Source: Candidatus Cryptobacteroides sp. (GTDB taxonomy: Bacteria; Bacteroidota; Bacteroidia; Bacteroidales; UBA932). Taken from it: DNA of 64,000 bases. Positions 49,670 through 59,302 of this stretch are shown here, one piece after another. Below the pieces are notes generated by a model that saw nothing but the letters and a program-made list of their open reading frames with translations, did no database searches and was not told where the DNA came from. Each line of letters starts with the position of its first letter. Position 1 is the first letter of the stretch. The stretch spans positions 15,044 to 79,043 of the forward strand of contig JAZRYB010000057.1 in NCBI GenBank assembly GCA_045600565.1, written 5' to 3'. The position numbers and the translations under genes are program-made.

Positions 49670-50422
49670 ATGAAAGAACGCTGCTATTTTGTCTCAGATG
49701 TGCATCTTGGGTTGGATGTGAACGATTCGATTGATCGTGAGGCGCGATTTGTCGGCTTTCTTCGCGGCATTCCGACCGAAAACACGGAGGCTCTGTATCT
49801 TCTTGGCGACATCTGGGATTTCTGGTACGAATATAAGGATGTGGTTCCGAAAGGTTATGTCCGTGTGTTTTCTGAGCTTCTCAATCTGATGGACGCAGGA
49901 GTGAAAGTATATTTCTTCCGGGGCAATCACGATATCTGGACCTATCACTATTTTGAAAGTCTTGGCATCACAATCCTGGAGCAACCTTGTCTGATAGAGA
50001 TAGGGGGCAAGAGTCTCTGCCTCGGCCACGGTGATGGACTTGGCCCGGGGATGCGAAGCTACAAATTGATGCGGTCCATTTTTTACAACAAAGTGCTGCA
50101 GACCCTTTTCAGCGCATTGCATCCCCGCTTGGCATTTGCTTTCGGGCGCAGCTGGTCAAAAAGGAGCAGATTGGCAAGGCGTGAGAAATATTGTTTCAGG
50201 GGAGAGGATGAGCCTTTGTATAAATTTGCCGTGGAATATGCTTCAACCCACAAGGTGGATTATTTCATCTTCGGGCATTATCATACTGGAGTTGATATGA
50301 CACTCCCGTCCGGGGAGAGGCTGATTGTACTGGATGACTGGATTGACGGCACCAACTATGCCTATTCGTATTCCAACGGGATTTCAACTTTCTGGGGCCA
50401 TTCCATAAACAGGGAGAAATAG
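49670..50422 (+). CDS. lpxH: UDP-2,3-diacylglucosamine diphosphatase
   Basis: SDVHLG, LGDIWDFW, GNHD, HGDG, FGHYH. Confidence 0.88.
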   Translation: MKERCYFVSDVHLGLDVNDSIDREARFVGFLRGIPTENTEALYLLGDIWDFWYEYKDVVPKGYVRVFSELLNLMDAGVKVYFFRGNHDIWTYHYFESLGITILEQPCLIEIGGKSLCLGHGDGLGPGMRSYKLMRSIFYNKVLQTLFSALHPRLAFAFGRSWSKRSRLARREKYCFRGEDEPLYKFAVEYASTHKVDYFIFGHYHTGVDMTLPSGERLIVLDDWIDGTNYAYSYSNGISTFWGHSINREK

Positions 50423-51021
50423 AGGGCATCGAATTGCCCGTGCTCCCATTTTTCGATTAGATACTCCGTCATACGGTCTTCTCCGTTCGGATCATAAGGC
50501 GTTTTCAGATTCTGGCCGAAAAGTTTCCCGACGCCTTGCCAGAAATTGGCCGCCAATCCGTTTTTGTAGGTCTTGACTATGCTATACGGTGTCAATCCTG
50601 TCTCTCTGTCAACCAGCCGGATAAGCAGTTGTCCTTGCGATATGGTCATATTGCGGGCGATTTCCGAGAAATCTTCAAGAAGTTTGTTCTCGACCTGAAG
50701 AACATACTTGTCTTTTTTGTACCTGTTCATTCCGGCCATCTCTTTCTCGGCTCTGGCTATGACTTTCTTGGCCACACTGGTGTAAGGATAGACTTTGCTG
50801 AAATTATAGACGAGTTTGTAGTATTTCCTTACATCAGGACTTTTCTTGTTTTTGATAGGGGGAAAAACTATTGCCGGAGCCAATTCATCTACATAGACAG
50901 TATCCCCCGGAGTCTCCACATAGTATTCCATAAAAATTCTTTCCTGCCAGGATGATTTCTGAGCATATGCCGAAAGGCACCCGGTCAAAAGGGCTGTCAT
51001 TATGATGCAAAGTCTTCTCAT
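50362..51021 (-). CDS. DUF4294-type exported protein
   Basis: Signal peptide, KVYPY, QGQLLIRLVDRETG, FWQGVGKLFG.NLK..YDP. Confidence 0.8.
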   Translation of the reverse strand: MRRLCIIMTALLTGCLSAYAQKSSWQERIFMEYYVETPGDTVYVDELAPAIVFPPIKNKKSPDVRKYYKLVYNFSKVYPYTSVAKKVIARAEKEMAGMNRYKKDKYVLQVENKLLEDFSEIARNMTISQGQLLIRLVDRETGLTPYSIVKTYKNGLAANFWQGVGKLFGQNLKTPYDPNGEDRMTEYLIEKWEHGQFDALYFSLFMEWPQKVEIPLEYE

Positions 51022-51232
51022 TTTCGGATGCAAAAGTAACAAATATTATGCAAATGAAGTTATGCCGATTTTCAATTTATCTTGAGGCTTCGGCTTTGTG
51101 TCGAAAATGATGCGGAAAAGTTTTGTACAACATATGTTAATTATCTGAAAATACGCATATTGAGTATTACTTTTTTGTGTCGAAAATATTGAAAAAAAAC
51201 AGAAAATATGTTTGTGTTTGATTTATTTTTAC

Positions 51233-51240
51233 TAAATTTG
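51233..51240 (+). promoter_or_regulatory. -7 element TAAATTTG driving rplP...rplQ
   Basis: Consensus match with TTTG at 51211-51214. Confidence 0.75.
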
Positions 51241-51330
51241 CAGTCCCAAAATTTGGCCTCAAATAGGTTAAGATACTGATTGCCAGATAGTTGGGAAAAT
51301 TTGATTGTTTATATTTTAAAGTAATACAAA

Positions 51331-51750
51331 ATGTTACAACCTAAGAAAACAAAATTTAGAAGGGAGCAGAAAAACCGTATGAAGGGAATGGCCCAGAGAG
51401 GAAACCAGCTCGCATTCGGTTCTTTCGGTCTTAAAACCCTTGAAAATTGTTGGCTTACAGCACAGCAGATTGAAGCTGCCCGTCAGGCTATTTCACGTTA
51501 TATGAACCGTGAAGGTCAGATCTGGATCAGAGTCTTCCCTGTAAAGCCAGTTACCAAGAAGCCTCTTTCAACCCGTATGGGTAAAGGTAAAGGTGATCCT
51601 TACGGATTTGTCGCACCTATCACCCCGGGCCGTATTCTTTTCGAGGCTGAGGGAGTTTCCCTCGCTATTGCAAAAGAGGCTATGCGTCTTGCTGCACACA
51701 AACTTCCTGTTGACACAAAGTTTGTTGTTCGTAGAGATTATGTTGAATAA
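51331..51750 (+). CDS. rplP: 50S ribosomal protein L16
   Basis: [23 protein letters not shown]. Confidence 0.99.
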   Translation: MLQPKKTKFRREQKNRMKGMAQRGNQLAFGSFGLKTLENCWLTAQQIEAARQAISRYMNREGQIWIRVFPVKPVTKKPLSTRMGKGKGDPYGFVAPITPGRILFEAEGVSLAIAKEAMRLAAHKLPVDTKFVVRRDYVE

Positions 51751-51756
51751 AATTTA

Positions 51757-51966
51757 ATGGAGAAAGAAATGAAAGTATCAGAAGTACGCGAGATGTCTGT
51801 AGCAGATCTCCGCGATCGCATTGAGATTGAGAAAGCAAATCTTGATTCTATGAAGATCAATCACGCTATCTCTCCATTAGAGGATACGTCAAAGTTTAAG
51901 AAAACCAGACAGGATATCGCTCGCATGATCACTATCCTCGCTGAGAAAGAAAAAGAACAGAACTAA
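51757..51966 (+). CDS. rpmC: 50S ribosomal protein L29
   Basis: R.DIARM.T; position in cluster; alternative start at 51769. Confidence 0.95.
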   Translation: MEKEMKVSEVREMSVADLRDRIEIEKANLDSMKINHAISPLEDTSKFKKTRQDIARMITILAEKEKEQN

Positions 51967-51977
51967 ATTGATGTCTT

Positions 51978-52232
51978 ATGGAAAGAAATCTTCGTAAGGA
52001 AAGAGTAGGAGTAGTGGTCAGCAACAAGATGGACAAGACCATCATCGTTGCCGTTGAAATCAAAGAGAAACATCCTTTGTACGGAAAATTCGTAAAGAAG
52101 ACCACAAAGTTCGTCGCTCAGGACGAAAAGAACGAATGTAGCATCGGTGACGTCGTCCGCATTATGGAAACACGTCCGTTGAGCAAGACCAAGAACTGGA
52201 GACTAGTAGAAATCGTAGAAAAAGCAAAATAG
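51978..52232 (+). CDS. rpsQ: 30S ribosomal protein S17
   Basis: [20 protein letters not shown]. Confidence 0.99.
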   Translation: MERNLRKERVGVVVSNKMDKTIIVAVEIKEKHPLYGKFVKKTTKFVAQDEKNECSIGDVVRIMETRPLSKTKNWRLVEIVEKAK

Positions 52233-52235
52233 CAT

Positions 52236-52601
52236 ATGATACAGCAGGAAACACGTTTACAGGTAGCCGACAACAGCGGGGCAAAGGAAGTCCTTTGTAT
52301 CCGTGTGCTTGGCGGTACTCACCATCGTTACGCTACTGTAGGCGACACAATTGTTGTCTCAGTTAAGAGTGCTATCCCTGGCGGTGACGCCAAGAAAGGT
52401 ACAGTATCAAAAGCTGTAGTGGTACGCACTAAGAAGGAAATTCGTAGAGTGGATGGTTCTTACATCCGTTTCGATGATAATGCTTGTGTTCTTCTCAACA
52501 ATGCGGGAGAACTCAGAGGAACACGTATCTTTGGCCCGGTTGCCAGAGAGCTTCGTGAGAATTATATGAAAATCGTTTCACTGGCACCGGAGGTCCTTTA
52601 A
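52236..52601 (+). CDS. rplN: 50S ribosomal protein L14
   Basis: [20 protein letters not shown]. Confidence 0.99.
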   Translation: MIQQETRLQVADNSGAKEVLCIRVLGGTHHRYATVGDTIVVSVKSAIPGGDAKKGTVSKAVVVRTKKEIRRVDGSYIRFDDNACVLLNNAGELRGTRIFGPVARELRENYMKIVSLAPEVL

Positions 52602-52613
52602 TTGATTAAGATT

Positions 52614-52931
52614 ATGAAAAAATTGCATATTAAAAAAGGTGACACCGTGTATGTAAATGCCGGAAACGACAAGGGCAAGACAGGAAAGGTTCTTTCAGTC
52701 GATCCTTCCAAGGACCGCGTTATCGTTGAAGGAATCAACATCGTCAGCAAGCACACAAAACCAAATTCAAAGCAGCCTCAGGGCGGTATCATCAAGCAGG
52801 AGGCTGGTATTCACGTCTCAAATCTTCAGCTTATCGATCCACAGAGTAACAAGCCAACGAGAGTCGGCTATAGGTTCGAAGGCGACAAGAAGATCCGTTA
52901 CGCTAAAAAATCTGGGGAGGAGATCAAATAA
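52614..52931 (+). CDS. rplX: 50S ribosomal protein L24
   Basis: [22 protein letters not shown]. Confidence 0.98.
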   Translation: MKKLHIKKGDTVYVNAGNDKGKTGKVLSVDPSKDRVIVEGINIVSKHTKPNSKQPQGGIIKQEAGIHVSNLQLIDPQSNKPTRVGYRFEGDKKIRYAKKSGEEIK

Positions 52932-52933
52932 TT

Positions 52934-53533
52934 ATGGCAGCAAAGAAAGAAAAAACCGTAGCAGTTCAGCCGCTTCCTGAATCATACGTACCTACTCTCA
53001 AGAAGGTATATAAGGAAGAAATCGTTCCGGCTTTGACAAAGCAGTTCTCTTACTCGACAGTAATGCAGGTCCCTAGGCTCGTCAAAATCACCATTAATGA
53101 GGGTGTGGGCGATGCAACACAGGACAAGAAGATTGTCGAGGAGGCAGCAACAGAGCTTTCAACAATCGTAGGACAGAAAGCTGTCATCACTAATTCAAGG
53201 AAGGATATCTCCAACTTCAAACTCCGTAAAGGTATGCCTATCGGAGCAAAGGTCACGCTTCGTGACGTCAAGATGTATGAGTTCCTTGAGAGACTTATCA
53301 GAGTTACTCTTCCTCGTATCCGCGACTTCAACGGTATAGCTGAGAAGATGGACGGACAGGGTAACTACACCCTCGGTCTCAAGGAGCAGATTATCTTCCC
53401 TGAGATTGATATTGACAAGAACCCTAGAATTCACGGCTTGGAGATCACATTCGTGACAACCGCAAAGACTGACGAAGAGGCTTATGCCCTTCTTAAGGAA
53501 TTCGGCCTGCCTTTCAAAAAACATAATAAATAA
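52934..53533 (+). CDS. rplE: 50S ribosomal protein L5
   Basis: [30 protein letters not shown]. Confidence 0.99.
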   Translation: MAAKKEKTVAVQPLPESYVPTLKKVYKEEIVPALTKQFSYSTVMQVPRLVKITINEGVGDATQDKKIVEEAATELSTIVGQKAVITNSRKDISNFKLRKGMPIGAKVTLRDVKMYEFLERLIRVTLPRIRDFNGIAEKMDGQGNYTLGLKEQIIFPEIDIDKNPRIHGLEITFVTTAKTDEEAYALLKEFGLPFKKHNK

Positions 53534-53539
53534 TTCACT

Positions 53540-53809
53540 ATGGCAAAAGAATCAATGAAAGCCCGCGAGGTTAAGCGCGCTAAACTCGTTGCAAAATACG
53601 CCGAGAAGAGAAAGGCACTCAAAGAAGCCGGTGATTGGGCTGCTCTTGACAAGCTTCCTAAGAACGCTTCTCCGGTACGCCTCCACAACCGTTGTTCGCT
53701 CACCGGTCGTCCAAAGGGATATATGCGTGACTTCGGTCTCAGCCGTATCCAGTTCCGTGAGATGGCATCCAACGGCCTTATTCCGGGTGTAAAGAAAGCA
53801 AGTTGGTAA
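53540..53809 (+). CDS. rpsN: 30S ribosomal protein S14 (89 aa, non-zinc type)
   Basis: [22 protein letters not shown]. Confidence 0.99.
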   Translation: MAKESMKAREVKRAKLVAKYAEKRKALKEAGDWAALDKLPKNASPVRLHNRCSLTGRPKGYMRDFGLSRIQFREMASNGLIPGVKKASW

Positions 53810-53830
53810 AAAATTAAAAAGTAATACAAT

Positions 53831-54226
53831 ATGACAGATCCAATTGCAGATTATCTCACTAGGATACGTAATGGTTATCTTGCTGGTAACAAGGTAGTGG
53901 AGATTCCTTCTTCCAAGATGAAGGTCGCCATCACCAAGATCCTTTGTGAGAAGGGTTACATTCTTAGCTACAAGGTAGTGGAAGGAGCCCCACAGGACAC
54001 AATCAAAATCGCCCTTAAGTATCATCCTCAGACCAAAGTTGCCGCTATCAAGAAGATTGAGCGCGTCTCCACTCCGGGCTTGAGACAGTACACGGATGTA
54101 AAGGATATGCCACGCGTCCTCAACGGACTCGGCATAGCCATCATATCAACATCCAAGGGCATCATCACTGACAAGGAGGCCAAGGATCTCAATGTCGGCG
54201 GTGAGGTAATATGTTATGTTTATTAA
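53831..54226 (+). CDS. rpsH: 30S ribosomal protein S8
   Basis: DPIADYLTRIRN, STPGLR.Y, STSKG. Confidence 0.99.
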   Translation: MTDPIADYLTRIRNGYLAGNKVVEIPSSKMKVAITKILCEKGYILSYKVVEGAPQDTIKIALKYHPQTKVAAIKKIERVSTPGLRQYTDVKDMPRVLNGLGIAIISTSKGIITDKEAKDLNVGGEVICYVY

Positions 54227-54243
54227 TCTAAAAACTCTTATAA

Positions 54244-54804
54244 ATGTCACGAATTGGTAAATTACCTGTAAACCTTCCGGCCGGAGTAACAGCAGAGCTT
54301 CAGAACGGCAACGTAGTGAAGGTTAAAGGCCCGAAGGGTGAGATGAGTCAGAAAGTTGACCCGGATATAACCGTCACTCTCGAGGGTACCGCAATCAAAT
54401 TTGCCCGTCCGACAGACCAGCCTCGCCATCGTTCAATGCACGGTCTTTATCGTGCACTTGTACACAATATGGTTGTTGGTGTTTCTGAGGGCTTCGAAAT
54501 CAAGCAGGAGTTTGTAGGCGTCGGTTACCGTGTTGAGGTACAGGGACAGATGCTTATCTTCTCTCTTGGTTATTCACACACAATCAACCTTTTGCTGCCA
54601 TCGGAGGTCACAGCTGAGACTCCGCAGGTGAAGAAGGGTGAGAATCCGCTTCTCGTTCTCAGAAGTTGCGACAAGCAGCTCCTCGGACAGGTTGCGGCAA
54701 AGATACGTTCATTCCGTAGACCTGAGCCTTATAAGGGTAAAGGTATCAAGTATGTTGGTGAGCAGCTTCGTCGTAAGGCCGGTAAGACTGCAGCCGCTAA
54801 ATAA
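54244..54804 (+). CDS. rplF: 50S ribosomal protein L6
   Basis: MSRIGKLP, PEPYKGKGI. Confidence 0.99.
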   Translation: MSRIGKLPVNLPAGVTAELQNGNVVKVKGPKGEMSQKVDPDITVTLEGTAIKFARPTDQPRHRSMHGLYRALVHNMVVGVSEGFEIKQEFVGVGYRVEVQGQMLIFSLGYSHTINLLLPSEVTAETPQVKKGENPLLVLRSCDKQLLGQVAAKIRSFRRPEPYKGKGIKYVGEQLRRKAGKTAAAK

Positions 54805-54819
54805 TAGGAGGATTGAGTT

Positions 54820-55182
54820 ATGGCATTGAATAGAATTGAAAGAAGAAGAAGAATTCATTACCGTATACGCAAACACGTTAGTGGCACGGCTGAGAGACCA
54901 AGAATGGTTGTTTTCAGAAGCAACAAACAGATTTACGTTCAGGTTATTGACGATGAGCAGGGCAAGACTCTTGCCGCTGCCGCTTCCAACGATAAGCTCC
55001 TTGCTGTAGAATGCAAAGGCAAGAGCGGAATCGAAGCTGCTGCAATAGTCGGCAAGGCTATCGCACAGCGCGCCCTGGAGAAAGGAACCACCACAATCGC
55101 ACTTGATCGTGGCGGTTATCTTTTCCATGGCAGAGTTAAAAGTTTGGCTGACGCTGCCCGCGAAGGTGGCCTTATATTCTAA
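54820..55182 (+). CDS. rplR: 50S ribosomal protein L18
   Basis: [24 protein letters not shown]. Confidence 0.98.
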   Translation: MALNRIERRRRIHYRIRKHVSGTAERPRMVVFRSNKQIYVQVIDDEQGKTLAAAASNDKLLAVECKGKSGIEAAAIVGKAIAQRALEKGTTTIALDRGGYLFHGRVKSLADAAREGGLIF

Positions 55183-55192
55183 TTGAAAGACT

Positions 55193-55711
55193 ATGGCAAA
55201 TACAAATGTTAAAAGAGTAAAGACATCTGATCTTGAACTTAAAGACAGATTGGTAGCCATCCAGCGTGTAACAAAGGTTACTAAGGGTGGTCGTCACTTC
55301 CGCTTCGCTGCAATTGTAGTCGTAGGTGACGAGAATGGCATTGTAGGTTATGGTCTTGGAAAAGCCAATGAAGTCACCGCCGCTATTGCCAAGGGAGTTG
55401 AAGATGCAAAGAAGAATCTTGTCAAGGTTCCTATTATCAACACAACCATCCCTCACGAGCAGGAGGCTAAATTCGGAGGATCAAGGGTATTTATGAAACC
55501 TGCAGCTCCCGGTACCGGTGTAAAGGCCGGTGGTGCTATGCGTGCAGTGTTCGAGTCTGCCGGCATCCAGAATGTACTTGCGAAATCAAAGGGCTCATCC
55601 AACCCTCACAACCTTGTAAAGGCTACTATTACGGCACTTACAGAGATGAGAGATGCCTATACGGTTGCAGGTCTCCGCGGCGTACCTATGACTAAAGTAT
55701 TTAACGGCTAG
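55193..55711 (+). CDS. rpsE: 30S ribosomal protein S5
   Basis: [24 protein letters not shown]. Confidence 0.99.
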   Translation: MANTNVKRVKTSDLELKDRLVAIQRVTKVTKGGRHFRFAAIVVVGDENGIVGYGLGKANEVTAAIAKGVEDAKKNLVKVPIINTTIPHEQEAKFGGSRVFMKPAAPGTGVKAGGAMRAVFESAGIQNVLAKSKGSSNPHNLVKATITALTEMRDAYTVAGLRGVPMTKVFNG

Positions 55712-55723
55712 GAGGACAAGATT

Positions 55724-55906
55724 ATGGCAAAACTCAGAATTACTCAGGTAATAAGCAAGAACGGCGAGACCCAGCGTCAGAAGGACAACCTTCGTTGCCT
55801 CGGTATCCGTCGTATGCATCAGACAGTAGAGGTTGAGAAGACCCCTATTACTATGGGTCAGGTGACAAAGATCGCTCACCTCGTTAAAGTTGAAGAAATT
55901 GACTAA
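55724..55906 (+). CDS. rpmD: 50S ribosomal protein L30
   Basis: LRITQV.S, LG.RRM.QTV, HLVKVEE. Confidence 0.97.
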   Translation: MAKLRITQVISKNGETQRQKDNLRCLGIRRMHQTVEVEKTPITMGQVTKIAHLVKVEEID

Positions 55907-55919
55907 GGAGGAAGAGATT

Positions 55920-56369
55920 ATGAAACTTGAAAATTTGAAACCTGCTAAAGGTGCAACAAAGAACAGAAAGAGAGTAGGCCGCGGACAGGGTTCCGGTAGG
56001 GGTGGCACCTCTACACGTGGTACCAAAGGTGCTCAGGCACGCGCAGGATACGAACACAAGATTGGTTTCGAGGGTGGCCAGATGCCTATCCAGAGACGTC
56101 TTCCTAAGTTCGGATTCAAGAATCCTACACGCGTAGAATATAAGGCCGTGAATGTAGCGGCTCTTCAGGCTCTCTCGGAGAAGCTCGGCAAGCTCGAGAT
56201 TGATGTTGAAGATTTGAGAGCTGCCGGTCTCGTCGCCAAGGGTGACCTCATCAAGGTTCTCGGCAACGGTGAGGTGAAATCGGCTCTTGTAGTGACTGTA
56301 GATGCTTTCTCCAAATCCGCAATTTCAAAAATCGAGGCTGCCGGTGGAAAGGCAACCGTAATTGAATAA
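55920..56369 (+). CDS. rplO: 50S ribosomal protein L15
   Basis: RVGRGQGSG.G, FEGGQMP..RRLPKFGF. Confidence 0.99.
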   Translation: MKLENLKPAKGATKNRKRVGRGQGSGRGGTSTRGTKGAQARAGYEHKIGFEGGQMPIQRRLPKFGFKNPTRVEYKAVNVAALQALSEKLGKLEIDVEDLRAAGLVAKGDLIKVLGNGEVKSALVVTVDAFSKSAISKIEAAGGKATVIE

Positions 56370-56374
56370 TCAGA

Positions 56375-57712
56375 ATGAAGAAGTTTATAGAGACAATCAA
56401 GAACATCTTCAAGATTGAAGAGCTTCGCAAGAGACTTGCGTACACCTTCGGACTTATCCTTGTCTACAGACTTGGATGTTTCATTGTCCTCCCCGGTATT
56501 GACGCAACTCTTCTTGCCACCCTTCAGAGCAGTACTCAGGAAGGCCTCGTAGGCCTCCTGAATATGTTCTCCGGAGGTGCGTTTGGAAACGCTTCAATCT
56601 TCGCGCTGGGTGTGATGCCATACATTTCAGCATCCATCGTCATCCAGCTTCTTGGTGTTTTCGTCCCTTATTTCAGAAAACTGCAAATGGAGGGCGAAAG
56701 CGGACGTAAGAAGATGAATCAGTTGACCAGGTATCTGACCATACTGATTATCTGCATCCAAGGTCCTGCCTACATGGCTGCCCTTCACAGCCAGATTCCT
56801 CCCCAGGCGTTTGTCGCCGTCAATCAGCTCGGGTGGAGCGACTTTATGTTCAATATTGTGTCCACCATCATTCTGATGGCAGGCTCAATGTTCGTAATGT
56901 GGCTCGGTGAGCGCATCACAGACCGCGGTATCGGTAATGGTATATCACTTATCATTATGATCGGTATTGTCGCTCGTCTTCCTTATGCGCTTGTCGCTGA
57001 GTTCGGTGAGAAGCTTACAACCACTAACGGTGGCCTCCTTCTTCTCATTGTCGAGTTGATTATCTGGTTCTTTGTCCTTGTGGCAGCTATCCTTCTTGTA
57101 CAGGGAGTACGTAAAGTTCCTGTACAGTATGCCAAAAGAATTGTCGGGAACAGACAGTTCGGCGGTGTACGTCAGTATATTCCGCTCAAAATCAACGCAG
57201 CAGGCGTTATGCCTATCATTTTTGCACAGGCATTGATGCTCTTCCCGCTTCTTTTCTCAAGATTTGATGCGACCAGAGGTCTCGCTGCCACTTTGAGCAA
57301 CTATACCGGATTCTGGTACAACTTCTTGTTCTTCATCTTTGTTGTAATCTTTACCTATTTCTACACGGCTGTAACGGTAAATCCTACAATGATGGCTGAA
57401 GAAATGAAGAAGAACGGCGGATTCATCCCTGGAGTAAAGCCGGGAAAGAAGACAGTGGATTATCTTGACTCCATTATGTCAAAGGTAACTCTTCCTGGAT
57501 CAATCTTCCTTGGTCTGATTTCCATTCTCCCTGCATTCGCAATGATTCTCGGAGTCAACAACCAGTTTGCAAGTTTCTTTGGAGGCACTTCTCTCCTGAT
57601 TCTTGTAGGTGTTGTTCTGGATACTCTCCAGCAGATTGAAAGTTATTTGCTGATGCGTCACTACGACGGTCTTATGAAGACCGGACGTCTGACCGGACGC
57701 TCAGGATTGTAG
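56375..57712 (+). CDS. secY: Preprotein translocase subunit SecY
   Basis: SIFALGVMPYISASI, GIGNGISLII, AGVMPIIFA, GGTSLLI. Confidence 0.99.
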   Translation: MKKFIETIKNIFKIEELRKRLAYTFGLILVYRLGCFIVLPGIDATLLATLQSSTQEGLVGLLNMFSGGAFGNASIFALGVMPYISASIVIQLLGVFVPYFRKLQMEGESGRKKMNQLTRYLTILIICIQGPAYMAALHSQIPPQAFVAVNQLGWSDFMFNIVSTIILMAGSMFVMWLGERITDRGIGNGISLIIMIGIVARLPYALVAEFGEKLTTTNGGLLLLIVELIIWFFVLVAAILLVQGVRKVPVQYAKRIVGNRQFGGVRQYIPLKINAAGVMPIIFAQALMLFPLLFSRFDATRGLAATLSNYTGFWYNFLFFIFVVIFTYFYTAVTVNPTMMAEEMKKNGGFIPGVKPGKKTVDYLDSIMSKVTLPGSIFLGLISILPAFAMILGVNNQFASFFGGTSLLILVGVVLDTLQQIESYLLMRHYDGLMKTGRLTGRSGL

Positions 57713-57735
57713 TTCTTTGAAAGATTTGAAGGAAG

Positions 57736-58515
57736 ATGGTTAAGCCTAAGACCGAAGAAGAAATTGAGCTCTTGCGCGAAAACGCCATCTTGGTTTCCAA
57801 GACATTGGCAGAAGTCGGTAAGGTGGTCGCCCCTGGTGTGACAACTCTCGAGTTGAATAGGGTGGCAGAGACTTTTATTCGTGACAATGGCGCAATTCCC
57901 AGTTTCCTCGGTTTCGAAGGCTTCCCTGCAGCTCTTTGTATATCAGTCAATGATGTAGTAGTCCACGGATTCCCTTCCGATTATGTTTTAAAGGAAGGTG
58001 ATATAGTATCGGTGGATTGCGGAACCTTGTACAAAGGATATAACGGAGACTCGGCTTACACTTTCCCTGTCGGGGAAGTGGATGCCGGGACACGTAAGCT
58101 TCTGGATGTTACGAAGGCTTCGCTTTACAAAGGAATCGAAGCAGCTGTGGAGGGCAACAGAACCGGCGACATCGGATACGCGGTGCAGTCGTATGTTGAA
58201 TCATTCGGGTTCTCTGTGGTCCGCGAACTTGAGGGCCACGGGCTTGGCAAGCATATGCACGAAGATCCGGGCGTGCCTAATTACGGACGTCGCGGTAAGG
58301 GCTCCAAGCTTGTCGGGGGAATGGTTATATGTATTGAGCCGATGATTAATGCAGGCAACAGAGGTGTATATCTTGCCAGAAACGGTTGGGCTGTACACAC
58401 TGCCGATCACAAGAAATCAGCTCATTATGAACTTACGGTTGTTGTCCGTCGCGGGCAAGCTGAACAACTGTCAACCTTCGATTTTATCGAGAAAGATGGT
58501 AAGATTAAATTTTAA
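57736..58515 (+). CDS. map: Methionine aminopeptidase type I
   Basis: SVNDVVVHG, D.G, GDSAYT, GHG.G, IEPM, AHYE.T. Confidence 0.97.
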   Translation: MVKPKTEEEIELLRENAILVSKTLAEVGKVVAPGVTTLELNRVAETFIRDNGAIPSFLGFEGFPAALCISVNDVVVHGFPSDYVLKEGDIVSVDCGTLYKGYNGDSAYTFPVGEVDAGTRKLLDVTKASLYKGIEAAVEGNRTGDIGYAVQSYVESFGFSVVRELEGHGLGKHMHEDPGVPNYGRRGKGSKLVGGMVICIEPMINAGNRGVYLARNGWAVHTADHKKSAHYELTVVVRRGQAEQLSTFDFIEKDGKIKF

Positions 58516-58527
58516 AGTGGTATTTTA

Positions 58528-58746
58528 ATGTCAAAACAAGTAGCAATAGAACAAGATGGAACAGTCATCGAGACTCTTCCAAACGCGATGTTCAAGGTCG
58601 AGCTTGAGAATGGTCACGTCCTGCTCTGCAATATATCGGGCAAGATGAGGATGAACTTTATCCATATACTTCTGGGCGACAGAGTTAAAGTTGAAATTTC
58701 ACCTTATGATTTGACCAAAGGCAGAATATCTTTCAGATACAAATAA
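58528..58746 (+). CDS. infA: Translation initiation factor IF-1
   Basis: [26 protein letters not shown]. Confidence 0.99.
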   Translation: MSKQVAIEQDGTVIETLPNAMFKVELENGHVLLCNISGKMRMNFIHILLGDRVKVEISPYDLTKGRISFRYK

Positions 58747-58758
58747 AATTTTCACATT

Positions 58759-58875
58759 ATGAAAGTCAAGACATCCATCAAAAAGCGTAGCGAGGATTGC
58801 AAGATTGTAAGACGTAAAGGTCGCCTTTATGTTATCTGCAAGAAAAATCCTAAGTTCAAAATGCGCCAGGGATAA
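58759..58875 (+). CDS. rpmJ: 50S ribosomal protein L36 (below ORF-track cutoff)
   Basis: [38 protein letters not shown]. Confidence 0.97.
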   Translation: MKVKTSIKKRSEDCKIVRRKGRLYVICKKNPKFKMRQG

Positions 58876-58912
58876 TATTCAGTTGTATAACAAATTAAGT
58901 TTAGAATAAATT

Positions 58913-59290
58913 ATGGCAAGAATAGCCGGTGTTGATTTACCAAACAACAAAAGGGGAGATATAGGTCTTACATATATCTTCGGTATCGGTCGCAGCTCAG
59001 CCCAGACGATTCTGGACAAGTGCGGAATTGACCGCGGCATCAAGGTTGGTGATTGGGATGATGCCCAGATTGCAGCCATCCGTTCTGAGGTCGGCGAAAA
59101 CTATCTCATCGAAGGTGAGCTCCGCTCAACTGTTCAGATGAATATCAAACGTCTTATGGATATCGGTTGCTATAGAGGAATCCGCCATCGTATCGGTCTC
59201 CCTGTACGTGGACAGAGCACCAAAAACAATGCGCGTACACGTAAGGGTAGGAAGAAGACTGTTGCCAACAAGAAGAAAGCAACCAAGTAA
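58913..59290 (+). CDS. rpsM: 30S ribosomal protein S13
   Basis: MARIAGV, GLPVRGQ.TK.NARTRKG. Confidence 0.99.
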   Translation: MARIAGVDLPNNKRGDIGLTYIFGIGRSSAQTILDKCGIDRGIKVGDWDDAQIAAIRSEVGENYLIEGELRSTVQMNIKRLMDIGCYRGIRHRIGLPVRGQSTKNNARTRKGRKKTVANKKKATK

Positions 59291-59302
59291 AATTGATGAA
59301 TT

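Noticed and set aside
50362-50422. 61-bp convergent overlap of lpxH and the DUF4294-type gene (also aspS and epimerase, 11 bp)
   Set aside because: Common in compact genomes; no sign of antisense regulation from sequence alone
53540-58875. Zinc-free S14 and partially Cys-depleted L36
   Set aside because: These forms are the usual ones in Bacteroidota
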